Shown here: positions 39,870 to 50,524 of the stretch, one piece after another
How the letters are laid out: each line of letters starts with the position of its first letter
Numbering within the stretch: the stretch's first letter is position 1
NCBI GenBank assembly: GCA_965197745.1
Contig: CBDANS010000004.1
Span: 128,001-192,000, forward strand
DNA from: Opitutales bacterium
GTDB lineage: Bacteria; Verrucomicrobiota; Verrucomicrobiia; Opitutales; PNEW01
Direction: 5' to 3'
DNA: 64,000 nucleotides
Program-made: the position numbers and the translations under genes
Notes under the pieces: generated by a model
Told to the model about the DNA's origin: nothing
Seen by the model: only the letters and a program-made list of their open reading frames with translations
Database searches by the model: none

Positions 39870-42800
39870 ATGATTCGCCACTTTACCCATGATGAAGACG
39901 TAGAACTGAAGCGTTTTGCCAATACGCCCAAAGACCAGAAACCACAATTCAATTGGCGCGATGTGATTCTTGAAGAGCGTATCCTACAGCCGGAGATTAA
40001 GGTCAATGTGAACGGCAAGGATCTTGATTTTGACCTTGCTGAAGTCGCCGAAACTATCGGCAACGCACTGACGGATTTGCATTTGTCGCGAAAGGATGAG
40101 GATATATTTAATGAAAAAAACCAGAATTTCGTAGCCTTTATTGCGCGTGTCGTGGGCGAGCGTCTGGCTGAACAACTGGAAGAAGGCGATCCTCTCAAAC
40201 TTTCACCCTATGATATATACCTCCTAATTGAAAAAGCGCTTATCGAAAGTAATGCTCACGATGTAGCAAAGAGTCTTGTTTTCAAACGGTCAGTTTCGGA
40301 AGCGGGAAACGGAAAGAACGGTGGAGTAGAGGGAGGTATTGAAACAATCAAGGTCCGCGTAATTCGGCGCAACGGGATGGTCGTTTCCTGGAATGAAAAT
40401 AAAATTGAAATTGCCGTGCGCATGGCATTCCTCTCGCGTGAACTTGATTCCGATCCTGCTATTGATATTGCCCGAGCAGTGACCGAACACATTCGCGGTC
40501 TCGACCCTGAATTTATCCATATCGAAGACCTCCAGGATCTTGTGCAGGAGGAACTCATGCGGCAGGGGCATTTCAAAGTAGCGGAAACTTATATTCGCTA
40601 CCGTTATCATCGTGCTCAGTTGCGTGAAGATACGGCGCAAGTCGGCGATGAAGATGTGCGCCAGGAATCCATGATTCTGGTCAAGCGGTCTGACGATGAA
40701 ACTTTTTTCTGGGATGGTATTGATCTGAGAAAGCGCGTGGATTTTGCCTCCATCGGGCTCGATCTTTGTCTGAATAAAGATGAGATCGAGGCTGAACTGC
40801 GCCGATCCCTATATCCCGAGATGGGAATCGAGGAATTAAATAAAACGATCATCCTGAATGCTAAGTCACTTATTGAAAAAGATGCCGATTTCGCGAAGTT
40901 TGCCGGACGTATTCTGCTCTCTTTCATTTACGAAGAAGTCCTCGATTGGAACATCGTTCGTGATGGAATTGAATCACTGAAAGATTTTCACCGCAAAGCC
41001 TTCAAGAAATTCCTTCATCGCGGAATAGAAATAGAGCGGATCGACAAACGATTAATCGATTACGATGTTGATAAACTGGCTAACGCACTCGACCCCTCGG
41101 CCGATCTTGATTTTGATTATCTCGGAATCCAGACACTTTATGACCGTTATCTTATAGTTGATAAAACTTTGAAAAAATCACGCCGTCTGGAAACACCACA
41201 ATTATTCTGGATGCGTGTGGCGATGGGGCTTTTCCCCTTGGAAAAGGATGATCGCGAAAATAAAGTAATTGCCCTTTACGGACTTTATAAAAGTCGTCGC
41301 TTCTGTTCATCAACGCCCACCCTCTTTAACTCGGGCACGCTTCATTCACAGCTTTCCTCATGCTATCTTTACAAAGTTGATGACAACATAGAATCAATCA
41401 TGATGCGTGGTATCGCGGAAAACGCTTTTCTATCAAAATGGGCCGGAGGCCTGGGGGGGAGCTGGACATCGGTGCGCGGTACCGGGAGCTACATCAAAGG
41501 AACAAATGGTGAAAGCCAGGGGGTTATCCCTTTTTTAAAATTACACAATGATCAACTTGTCGCAGTCAATCAGGGCGGCAAGCGGCGGGGATCAGGCTGT
41601 GCCTATCTGGAGAGCTGGCATAATGACATTTCCGATTTTCTGGAATTACGTAAGAATACGGGAGATGACCGGCGTCGTACCCATGATATGAATACGGCCA
41701 ACTGGATTCCCGATCTATTTATGAAACGAATGGAAGCGCGCCAGGAATGGACACTGTTTCGCACCAATGACACTCCCGATTTACACGAACTTTACGGCAA
41801 GAAATTTGAAGAACGCTACCTTGACTACGAAGCTCAAGCATTGCGCGGCGAAATTTTCAGCAAAAAAGTTAAAGCGATCGACATGTGGAAGGAAATGCTG
41901 CGAATGATTTTCGAAACAGGTCATCCATGGATAACATTTAAAGATACATGCAATGTGCGAAGCCCCCAGGACCATGTCGGGGTCATTCACAGTTCAAATC
42001 TATGCACTGAAATCACGCTCAATACAAGTGACGATGAAACGGCGGTATGTAATCTGGGGTCCATCGTTCTTGATTCTCATGTCAAGGATGACGGTAAACT
42101 TGACCATAAAAAATTACGTGAAACTATTCAAGTAGCGGTACGCGCCCTCGACAATGTTATCGATATAAATTTCTACCCGACCAAGGCGGCAGAAACCTCT
42201 AACAATCGCCACCGACCTATTGGTCTTGGCGTGATGGGGTTACATAATGCTCTTTACAAAAAAAATATCAGCTTCGCATCGCACGAAGCCATTGCCTTTA
42301 ATGATGAATTCATGGAAGCTGTTGCCTACTACGCCTACGAAGCATCGAGTGAACTTGCCGCTGAACGTGGAACATACAGCTCCTATCGTGGATCAAAGTG
42401 GGATCGCGGGAGTTTCCCACAGGATACCATTGACCTTCTCGAGGAACAACGCGGAGCCATAATTGATGTGCCCAGAGACAGCCGGATGGATTGGGCCCCC
42501 CTGCGCGAAAAAGTAAAGAAGCAGGGAATGCGCAACAGCAATGTTATCGCCATCGCTCCCACTGCGACGATCTCTAATATCATGGGGACATCACCCTGTA
42601 TTGAACCGTCCTATAAAAACCTGTTTGTAAAAAGCAATTTATCGGGAGATTTCATTGTCCTGAATCAATATCTCGTCCGCGATCTTAAAATACACGGTCT
42701 CTGGAATGCGGAGATGCTCGACCAGCTGAAGTATTTCGACGGTGAATTAACTGACATCGAGGACGTCCCGGAAGAATTGAAGGACAGATACCTTACCGCC

Positions 42801-43136
42801 TTTGGCATTGAGTACCGCTATTTAATAGAGGCCGCGGCCCGCCGGCAGAAATGGATAGACCAGTCACAGTCTGTTAATCTTTTTCTCAGTAAACCGGAAC
42901 TTAAAACGCTATCACATATGTATCGCGCGGCATGGCATAAAGGGCTGAAAACGACCTATTACCTGCGGACATTGGGCGCTTCAAACATTGAAAAAGCCAC
43001 GGTAAATGTGAAAAAAAATGTAAGTATTGCCATGGATGATAATGACGTAAATTCCCGTGAATATACGGATGAAGAGAAAAAGGCGTGCAATATAGAAGCG
43101 ATGCGCAACGGCGAAGATTGCGATGCCTGCCAGTAA
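39870..43136 (+). CDS. nrdA: Ribonucleotide reductase class I alpha subunit with multiple ATP-cone domains
   Basis: STPTLFN, SSCY, SNLCTEI, VCNLGS, TTYYLRT, C-terminal CDACQ. Confidence 0.95.
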   Translation: MIRHFTHDEDVELKRFANTPKDQKPQFNWRDVILEERILQPEIKVNVNGKDLDFDLAEVAETIGNALTDLHLSRKDEDIFNEKNQNFVAFIARVVGERLAEQLEEGDPLKLSPYDIYLLIEKALIESNAHDVAKSLVFKRSVSEAGNGKNGGVEGGIETIKVRVIRRNGMVVSWNENKIEIAVRMAFLSRELDSDPAIDIARAVTEHIRGLDPEFIHIEDLQDLVQEELMRQGHFKVAETYIRYRYHRAQLREDTAQVGDEDVRQESMILVKRSDDETFFWDGIDLRKRVDFASIGLDLCLNKDEIEAELRRSLYPEMGIEELNKTIILNAKSLIEKDADFAKFAGRILLSFIYEEVLDWNIVRDGIESLKDFHRKAFKKFLHRGIEIERIDKRLIDYDVDKLANALDPSADLDFDYLGIQTLYDRYLIVDKTLKKSRRLETPQLFWMRVAMGLFPLEKDDRENKVIALYGLYKSRRFCSSTPTLFNSGTLHSQLSSCYLYKVDDNIESIMMRGIAENAFLSKWAGGLGGSWTSVRGTGSYIKGTNGESQGVIPFLKLHNDQLVAVNQGGKRRGSGCAYLESWHNDISDFLELRKNTGDDRRRTHDMNTANWIPDLFMKRMEARQEWTLFRTNDTPDLHELYGKKFEERYLDYEAQALRGEIFSKKVKAIDMWKEMLRMIFETGHPWITFKDTCNVRSPQDHVGVIHSSNLCTEITLNTSDDETAVCNLGSIVLDSHVKDDGKLDHKKLRETIQVAVRALDNVIDINFYPTKAAETSNNRHRPIGLGVMGLHNALYKKNISFASHEAIAFNDEFMEAVAYYAYEASSELAAERGTYSSYRGSKWDRGSFPQDTIDLLEEQRGAIIDVPRDSRMDWAPLREKVKKQGMRNSNVIAIAPTATISNIMGTSPCIEPSYKNLFVKSNLSGDFIVLNQYLVRDLKIHGLWNAEMLDQLKYFDGELTDIEDVPEELKDRYLTAFGIEYRYLIEAAARRQKWIDQSQSVNLFLSKPELKTLSHMYRAAWHKGLKTTYYLRTLGASNIEKATVNVKKNVSIAMDDNDVNSREYTDEEKKACNIEAMRNGEDCDACQ

Positions 43137-43377
43137 AAAGGCTATAAATTATTGAGGCGCTGAGAATTTTTGCCTGTCTTATGGGCCAAGTGATTAATCT
43201 TGCACTTAGAAATCACCCTGTGACCTGCCATTTATCGGACTCACCATGAAATTATCCTTTCGAATGGATACAATAATTGTTCGTCACGATAAAGGTTAAT
43301 CCCTGATAATCAGCTTGGAATTATAACCGCTATTCAGTTATTAATACTGATTAGATTAAGGTAATAACGAATATTAT

Positions 43378-44136
43378 ATGAATGTAATCTGGTTAGCTTC
43401 TTATCCGAAATCAGGGAATACCTATTTGCGGTTTTTGATCTACAATTATCTTTATGCCGAGGTTACTGAGAGCATGGAGGTTGAAAAAATAATGCCGGAC
43501 ATTCATAAATTACTCTCTACCGGTAGAGCATTGAATACGGAAATTAAGCAGACGATATTTGTAAAATCACATTTTCTTTATAGTCCCAAACACCCGTGTT
43601 ATAAAGAGACACAAGGATTTATCTATATAATTAGAAATCCGCGTGATGTATTGCTCAGTAACAGCCGCTATTCAGGAATCACAGGAAACCGGCCCATTGA
43701 TCTTAAAACTTTTGCTCAACAATTTATAAAGACGATGGGGGTCCCCCGATGGAAGAAAATGAATATGGGCACATGGCCGGAACATGTCTCCAGTTGGCTG
43801 AGCGCTACCAGTCAGCACCCCCATTTATTTATAAAATATGAAGATTTAAGAAATGATCCTTCTACTTGTTTTAAACATATAATAAATTTTTTAAAATTAG
43901 ACCTGGATGAAGAGAGAATCAAAAACGCGATTGAAAAGAGTTCACTGCAATCGATGAAGGAATTAGAAAAAAAGGAAAAAGATAATTCCACCGAAACGCT
44001 TTTCGATAACCAGGGGAAAGATAACTATTTCGTGGGTGAAGGAAAGACCAACCAATCCCTGACACACCTGGGTGATGATATTGAAGAATTTTTCCAAAAA
44101 AGATTCGGAAAGATTACAGGAATATTCGGCTACTGA
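43378..44136 (+). CDS. Sulfotransferase
   Basis: LASYPKSGNTYLR (5'-PSB), RNPRDVLLS, KYEDL. Confidence 0.88.
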   Translation: MNVIWLASYPKSGNTYLRFLIYNYLYAEVTESMEVEKIMPDIHKLLSTGRALNTEIKQTIFVKSHFLYSPKHPCYKETQGFIYIIRNPRDVLLSNSRYSGITGNRPIDLKTFAQQFIKTMGVPRWKKMNMGTWPEHVSSWLSATSQHPHLFIKYEDLRNDPSTCFKHIINFLKLDLDEERIKNAIEKSSLQSMKELEKKEKDNSTETLFDNQGKDNYFVGEGKTNQSLTHLGDDIEEFFQKRFGKITGIFGY

Positions 44137-44140
44137 AAAA

Positions 44141-45955
44141 TCAGTCGATATCGGACTCGATAAACTGCCGATAGAGGTTTGTATAAATACCTTCGATGTT
44201 AAGAATTTCAGAATGAGTGCCGCGTTCGACAATGTGACCATGATCAAGGACCAGGACGAGATCTGCATTGCGGATAGTGCTCAGGCGATGGGCGACTACG
44301 AAACTGGTGCGACCGGCGAACAGGGTAGCCATTGATTCTTGCAGGCGGGACTCTGTTATCATGTCAATTGAACTGGTGGCTTCATCGAGGACGAGAATGC
44401 GTGGGTTGGCGATGAATGCGCGCGCGAAACATATGAGTTGTTGCTGACCGAGGGAGAGACCGGAGCCCTTTTCCGAAACTTTAGTCCTGATACCATCCGA
44501 CATGGCACCGATCAGGTCGAGGCAGTTTAACTGACGAACAGCTTCAATGACTTCATCATCGGTAGCATCCAGTTTTCCCAGGCGGATATTGTCTAACACC
44601 GTTCCGCTAAACATAAAGTTGTTTTGAAGGACAATCCCCATTTTCTGATGTAAGGACTCGCTCTTGATTTTTCTTATCTCCATCCCATCGATTAAAATTT
44701 CTCCCGCTGTGGGCAGGTAGAATTTGCTGATGAGATTGATAATTGAAGTTTTCCCGCCTCCGGTATGGCCAACAAGGGCGATAGTCTGTCCCGGCTCAGC
44801 CTTGAAATTAATGTCATGGAGGACGGGAATTTCAGGTTCATAAGCAAAAGTTACATTTCGAAACTCGACTTCTCCTTTTATCGAGTCGAGACGTTTTGCA
44901 TCGTGCATATCCGACCATTCCGGTTCAGCATCGAGCAGACGAAATACCCTTTCGGCCCCCGCCATCGCAGAGAGAGCGTCAGTAAATCGTAAACCCAGGT
45001 GAGCAATAGGACTGAAAAAAAGATTAGCGAGAAAGAAAAACGAAATTAAATCTGCCACCGGCATATTCCAGTTGGGATTCAAGGCGCCGTAACCTCCGAT
45101 CATGAGGATGGAAGCGATAAAAAACTGGGAATTGAGTTCAAGAAGAGGGATGTAAATAGCGGTGTTCCGGCTGGCTTTAAGATTATAGCTTGAGTGGTCC
45201 TGAACCAGGCGTCTGAAGATGCCGGCGTTGAGGGTTTCGCGAACAAAACCCTGGGTGACACGAATGCCTTTGACAGATTCGACGAGAGAAGCAGTCACCC
45301 GACTGAAGCTTTCCTGCAGTTCGCGCGATGCGATACTTATCTTTTTATGAAAATACTGGTTAATGATCCAGAGGATGGGAGTCATGATAAGGATTACGCA
45401 AAAAAGGACAGCATTGTAATAAGCCATAAAGATACCGGAACAGAGCATTTGGATTAACCCAACGATGGTGACGAATAACACGTTTTGAACACCTACCCGA
45501 AGGGTATCAATGTCGGTAGTCAAACGGCTGATAATACGGCCAAGGCGGGTTTTATTAAAATAACTCATAGGCATACGCATGAGCTGCCTGAAGAGCAGGT
45601 TTCTCAAGTCCTGAACCACAGATTCCCCTAATTCGAGGGCAAGCTTCTGTCGATAAACAAGCGTTATTTGAACAAAAATAGCAAAAACGCCGAAACCGAT
45701 TGCATACTGCAATATTCCGACCGGATCTTTATTAGTAATTGGGCCGTTAATCGTGATCCCCACCATTAACGCCAGGAGTGGAATAAGGGCGCCGCGCAGG
45801 ATGACGAGGAAAAAAAGTATGTTTCGCTTTAGCGCGTAAGGTCGAGTGTAAGTGAAGAGGCGCTTGATTAATTTGAACTCTAAAGGTCGCTGCTCTCTTT
45901 CCCTTGCATGCGATTTTTCAGCTCTCGCAAAGGACAAATCGTGCCTGACGCTCAT
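44141..45955 (-). CDS. ABC exporter, fused permease/ATPase subunit
   Basis: GHTGGGKT, LSLGQQQ, LVLDEATS. Confidence 0.92.
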   Translation of the reverse strand: MSVRHDLSFARAEKSHAREREQRPLEFKLIKRLFTYTRPYALKRNILFFLVILRGALIPLLALMVGITINGPITNKDPVGILQYAIGFGVFAIFVQITLVYRQKLALELGESVVQDLRNLLFRQLMRMPMSYFNKTRLGRIISRLTTDIDTLRVGVQNVLFVTIVGLIQMLCSGIFMAYYNAVLFCVILIMTPILWIINQYFHKKISIASRELQESFSRVTASLVESVKGIRVTQGFVRETLNAGIFRRLVQDHSSYNLKASRNTAIYIPLLELNSQFFIASILMIGGYGALNPNWNMPVADLISFFFLANLFFSPIAHLGLRFTDALSAMAGAERVFRLLDAEPEWSDMHDAKRLDSIKGEVEFRNVTFAYEPEIPVLHDINFKAEPGQTIALVGHTGGGKTSIINLISKFYLPTAGEILIDGMEIRKIKSESLHQKMGIVLQNNFMFSGTVLDNIRLGKLDATDDEVIEAVRQLNCLDLIGAMSDGIRTKVSEKGSGLSLGQQQLICFARAFIANPRILVLDEATSSIDMITESRLQESMATLFAGRTSFVVAHRLSTIRNADLVLVLDHGHIVERGTHSEILNIEGIYTNLYRQFIESDID

Positions 45956-47838
45956 AATACCCCCTCTTGTTTTCCCCGTCCTGCTTTTAACAGTTTCATG
46001 CTCGCTGGATCTATAGCCTGAATATTTATGGCCTGACTATAGGTTCCTTTTTGGCGCATAAGTTCATCATGCTTCCCCATCTCAACAATACTTCCATTAT
46101 CAAGGACAATAATACGGTCGGCTCGGCGCAGGGTACTGAGACGATGGGCGACAATAAAGGTGGTTCGGCCTTGAATCGCATTCTCGATGGCTTCAAGTAT
46201 TTCATGCTCGGTTTCCGGATCGACAGCTGCGGTTGGATCATCGAGCAATAAAATGGTAGGTTCCAAGAGTAGTGCGCGGGCAATGGCCAATCGCTGTCGC
46301 TGGCCTCCGGAAAGATTAACTCCACTTTCACTGATAATACTATCATAACCATCGGGCATTTCTTCTATAAATTCGTGGGCGGCAGCTATCGTTGCCGCCT
46401 TTACGATTTGTTCGCGTGTCGCATCGGGATAACCAAAAGCAATGTTCGAAGCGATGGTATTGCTGAAGAGGAAACTCTCCTGAAAGACGAGGCCGATATT
46501 ATGTCGAATATCTTCCAATCGCAGGTTTCTTAGATCGTGACCGTCAAGAAGAATGCGACCCTCGTTGGGATCGTAAAAACGCGGGATCAAACTCATGAGC
46601 GCGCTTTTTCCAGATCCGGTGACCCCGGCAATGGCAATGACTTCTCCAGGAGCAACCGAAAAATCGACATCATTTAAAACGACATTGGTCTCATGGTATT
46701 TGAAATGAACATGCTCAAAGCGGATAGCACCCCTGGCTTGTTCCAGAGGGTGGGGATTCTCGGGCTGTGTTACTTCTATCGGGGCATCGAGTATTTCAAA
46801 AACGCGGCGTGCACCGGTTAAACTTTGCTGTATACTATCGACGATCCCGGCGAGATTCGCTATCTGACCGGAAAACTGCTGCAGGAGACCGGCAAAGACG
46901 ACGATGCCGGTACCGATGGATAATTCACCGTTCACGACAAGATAGCCCCCATAGCCTAGAAGAATTACCAGATTGAACTGGGTGAGTAATCCAACGAAAG
47001 GAGTGAAGATGGTGACATTATTGAATATCTTCTGTCTTTGTTTACGAACACTTGCAGTGGTCCGCTCAAATTTTTCGATACTGTCTTCTTCAAGGTTAAA
47101 TCCTTTAATCGTATTTATCCCTTGATTGTGTTCGACAAAGGTCATTACCAGATCATCCATGAGGATGCGGTTTTCCATGTAAAGAGGACGGGTCTTTTTA
47201 GAAAATATTGCCGAGATCACCCAGAGCAGAGGTGTTGTTGCCAGGCATGCGAAGGTGAGGGGAACATGGATATTGAGCATGTAGACAAGGTAAACAACGA
47301 GGGAGAGGAGCATAATGAAACTCTGGATAAAAACCCCTTCCATAAACCTGCGCAAAGCACCGACATCACTGGCTACACGATTGATGATCGTTCCGCTGGC
47401 ATTAGCGTCAAAAAAACGAAAGCTGAGCTTTTGCATTTTTTCGAAAACCAACGCTCGCAAGGTGGCTACGATGTCAACATAGATCAGTTTGGACATCGAC
47501 ATGGTATAGAGATAATTTAAGCATGAGCGAAAGAGGGCGAAACCGAGAATAATAGAAGCGATCGCCACAATTACGGACAATGGCGCGAGCTCAGCGGGTG
47601 GCTCGAGCCCAAAGGGCCAGTGAGGTGGATCCGTATCAGGCACAACCTGGTAACGGAGATAATCAATGCCTAATCCCGTGAGTCCCAATCCGCTCAGACC
47701 CATGAATAGCATGATCAGCTGGTAGCTCAGGACTTGAATACAACGTAATTTGTATTGCCAGCTAAACTTTAAGAGCCGAACGGTTAATGCCCAATTCGAT
47801 ATATCGTTTACTGCCGTGGTTTGTTCAGTTGCGTTCAT
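45952..47838 (-). CDS. ABC exporter, fused permease/ATPase subunit (heterodimer partner)
   Basis: GVTGSGKS, LSGGQRQR, LLLDDPT (degenerate site); overlaps the next gene by 4 nt. Confidence 0.92.
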   Translation of the reverse strand: MNATEQTTAVNDISNWALTVRLLKFSWQYKLRCIQVLSYQLIMLFMGLSGLGLTGLGIDYLRYQVVPDTDPPHWPFGLEPPAELAPLSVIVAIASIILGFALFRSCLNYLYTMSMSKLIYVDIVATLRALVFEKMQKLSFRFFDANASGTIINRVASDVGALRRFMEGVFIQSFIMLLSLVVYLVYMLNIHVPLTFACLATTPLLWVISAIFSKKTRPLYMENRILMDDLVMTFVEHNQGINTIKGFNLEEDSIEKFERTTASVRKQRQKIFNNVTIFTPFVGLLTQFNLVILLGYGGYLVVNGELSIGTGIVVFAGLLQQFSGQIANLAGIVDSIQQSLTGARRVFEILDAPIEVTQPENPHPLEQARGAIRFEHVHFKYHETNVVLNDVDFSVAPGEVIAIAGVTGSGKSALMSLIPRFYDPNEGRILLDGHDLRNLRLEDIRHNIGLVFQESFLFSNTIASNIAFGYPDATREQIVKAATIAAAHEFIEEMPDGYDSIISESGVNLSGGQRQRLAIARALLLEPTILLLDDPTAAVDPETEHEILEAIENAIQGRTTFIVAHRLSTLRRADRIIVLDNGSIVEMGKHDELMRQKGTYSQAINIQAIDPASMKLLKAGRGKQEGVL

Positions 47839-48026
47839 GAAGACGGGTAGTGATTAAACTATACCCGTGTATGGTTTTGGGTAGAGAAAATATATATTAG
47901 GTGGTCGTCTGATAAGTCGAGATAAAGACACGTCTGTTATGAATTCCCCGCCACGACCTAGAATCATCGATGTATAAAATGCAATCACCCACAACCGAAA
48001 GGTCAGAATTTATGATGCAATTTTTA

Positions 48027-49352
48027 TCAAACCATCATTAGGGCGGGAGTTTCGAGGATGTCTTTGAGCGACGATAAATACTGTGCCCCGACTGATCCGT
48101 CAACCACGCGGTGGTCTCCACTGAAGCCAATAGTCATGTACTGGCCAATAGAAATATTATCTTTTTCATCAACGACAGGTTTTTTAGCAATGGTGCCGAC
48201 ACTGAGAATAGCTGCGTTAGGGGGATTAATGATGGCGTGGAAACTGGTGATACCATACATGCCAAGATTGGTCACCGTAAATGTGCTCCCCGTCATATCA
48301 CCAGGGCTGAGTTTTTTATTTTTGGCTTTCAAGACGAGCGCTTTAACTTCGGAACTGATTTGACTTATACTCTTAAGGTGGGCGTCCCGAACAACGGGAG
48401 TGACAAGGCCGTCTTCCACGGTAATGGCCACGGCGAGATGAACCCCACCATGTTGCTTAATGGTCTTTACCATCCATGAGACGTTGACCTCCGGCACCTG
48501 CTGCAGGGTTTTAGCGCTGGCTTTGAGAATGAAGTCATTAATGGTAAGTTTTATGCCTCCTGTTTCAGGGGACATTGCGGCAAGTCCTTTATTGAGGGAA
48601 GCGCGCATCTCGAGAAGAGGCGCGGCATTTATCTCTATCTCCAGATAATAGTGAGGTATCGTAATCTTGGATTCGAGGAGACGTTTAGCGATGACGCTCC
48701 GCATATTTGAGATGGGAATGCTTTTCTCTAAGGCGTTCGGTGTCTCTCGAGAGGTCTCGGGAAGGGAGGAACTCGCAGCCGCAGGCGGTAAAATCCCTCT
48801 TCCTTCTGCCGCTAAAATATCAGCTTTTAAGATCCGGCCATCGGGTCCGGTTCCCACTATGGCTTCAAGGGAAATACCTTTATCAGCAGCAATTTTTCGC
48901 GCCAGGGGAGAAGCTTTTATCCGGTCACCACTCGTATCTTTTATGGGTGGATGAGAGGGTGGGGAATCAGGTTGCGATGTCTTTTCCAATTCTTTGACCG
49001 CTTGTTTTTCAAGCGTGGGGTCTCTCAACTCATCGACGGCATCGGGTTTTATTGCATCCTTTGCTGAGGCGCTGACCTTGGAAATTTTATCGGGTAATGG
49101 AGGTGGATTTTCTCCTTCTTCACCAATCGCACAGATCGGGGCGCCGATTTCCACTTCTTCACTTTCACTTACATATTGGACCAGGAGAATGCCATGAGTG
49201 AAAGTTTCCAGTTCCATCGTGGCTTTGTCCGTTTCGATCTCGGCAATCAATTCACCTTCATGGATTTTGTCTCCTGTTTTTTTCAACCATTTAACCAATG
49301 TACCCACGGTCTGGGTATCACTGAGTTTCGGCATTTCTATAATCTCAGCCAT
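48027..49352 (-). CDS. pdhC: Pyruvate dehydrogenase E2 dihydrolipoamide acetyltransferase
   Basis: Lipoyl ETDKAT, ASPLARK..GTGPDGRI, DHRVVDG. Confidence 0.93.
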   Translation of the reverse strand: MAEIIEMPKLSDTQTVGTLVKWLKKTGDKIHEGELIAEIETDKATMELETFTHGILLVQYVSESEEVEIGAPICAIGEEGENPPPLPDKISKVSASAKDAIKPDAVDELRDPTLEKQAVKELEKTSQPDSPPSHPPIKDTSGDRIKASPLARKIAADKGISLEAIVGTGPDGRILKADILAAEGRGILPPAAASSSLPETSRETPNALEKSIPISNMRSVIAKRLLESKITIPHYYLEIEINAAPLLEMRASLNKGLAAMSPETGGIKLTINDFILKASAKTLQQVPEVNVSWMVKTIKQHGGVHLAVAITVEDGLVTPVVRDAHLKSISQISSEVKALVLKAKNKKLSPGDMTGSTFTVTNLGMYGITSFHAIINPPNAAILSVGTIAKKPVVDEKDNISIGQYMTIGFSGDHRVVDGSVGAQYLSSLKDILETPALMMV

Positions 49353-49496
49353 ATCAGGTAAACGACGAAGGAGGGATAATCAAATTAAGGGGCCAGAAAT
49401 CTCTTATTGCCAGTGAATTTATTCAAATTGGAAGATAAAATTGGGACAAACTATTCTCCGGGCGGGTAGGGGTTTTATCTTGGGTTAAAATAAGAA

Positions 49497-50471
49497 TTAC
49501 AAAATACTCAAAGCCGTTTGCACCACACGTTGTGGATAGGGGATCTGTTCTTTCTCCAAAGCGGGGCTGTATATCTGAGGAGCATCAATCGCGGAGACAC
49601 GCTTTATCGGAGCATCGAGAGAATCAAATACTTTATCCTGGATGATATAGGCGATTTGAGCGTCGGTCCCGCAATAAGGTTTGTTTTCTTCAACAAGGAC
49701 TACACGATTAGTCTTCTTCACCGAGTTGCATATCATCTCTTCATCAAGCGGACGTAGACTGCGGAGATCTAAAACCTCGGCACTGATCTCATATTCAGCT
49801 TCCAATATCTCCGCGGCTTTCAAGCAAGTATAGACCGCGTGACCGTGAGCGATGAGGGAGATGTCCGTTCCTTCCTTTTTAATATCCGCCTTGCCGAGGG
49901 GGATAAGGTATTCCTCATCCGGCACCTCGCATGTCATCCCATAGAGGAGGGTATTTTCCATGACACAGACGGGGTCATTGTCTCGGATCGCCGTTTTGAG
50001 AAGGCCTTTAGCGTCATAAGCGGTGGTGGGACTGACGACTTTTAATCCGGGTGTCGCCGCGGCAAAATTTTCCGGTGTATGCGAATGGGTCGCGCCCACA
50101 CCGGTCCCTCCGTTTGCCGGACCACGGATGACAAGAGGAATATTGAGTAATCCCCCGGACATATATCGTATATTAGCGGCATTATTAAAAACCTGATCAA
50201 AGGCGACATAGACGAAACTCCAAAACATGAATTCAATGACGGGACGAAGCCCCATCATGGCTGCACCGATTCCCAATCCTGTAAACCCAGACTCACTAAT
50301 AGGGGTGTCAATCACTCGGGTGGAGCCAAATTTATCGAGCAAGCCTTTAGTAACTTTATAGGCGCCATTGTATTCGGATACCTCTTCTCCCATGATGAAA
50401 ACGCGGTCATCTCGCTCCATCTCTTCGGCTAAGGCATCATTAAGGGCTTCGCGGTAATGAATAACGGGCAT
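49497..50471 (-). CDS. pdhB: Pyruvate dehydrogenase E1 beta
   Basis: GEEVSEYNGAYKVT, DTPISE, DLRSLRPLD. Confidence 0.93.
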   Translation of the reverse strand: MPVIHYREALNDALAEEMERDDRVFIMGEEVSEYNGAYKVTKGLLDKFGSTRVIDTPISESGFTGLGIGAAMMGLRPVIEFMFWSFVYVAFDQVFNNAANIRYMSGGLLNIPLVIRGPANGGTGVGATHSHTPENFAAATPGLKVVSPTTAYDAKGLLKTAIRDNDPVCVMENTLLYGMTCEVPDEEYLIPLGKADIKKEGTDISLIAHGHAVYTCLKAAEILEAEYEISAEVLDLRSLRPLDEEMICNSVKKTNRVVLVEENKPYCGTDAQIAYIIQDKVFDSLDAPIKRVSAIDAPQIYSPALEKEQIPYPQRVVQTALSIL

Positions 50472-50524
50472 GGCTTATACAGGGATCAAAGTGATCATGA
50501 TAATTGATTCTTTCTGGGGGACTA

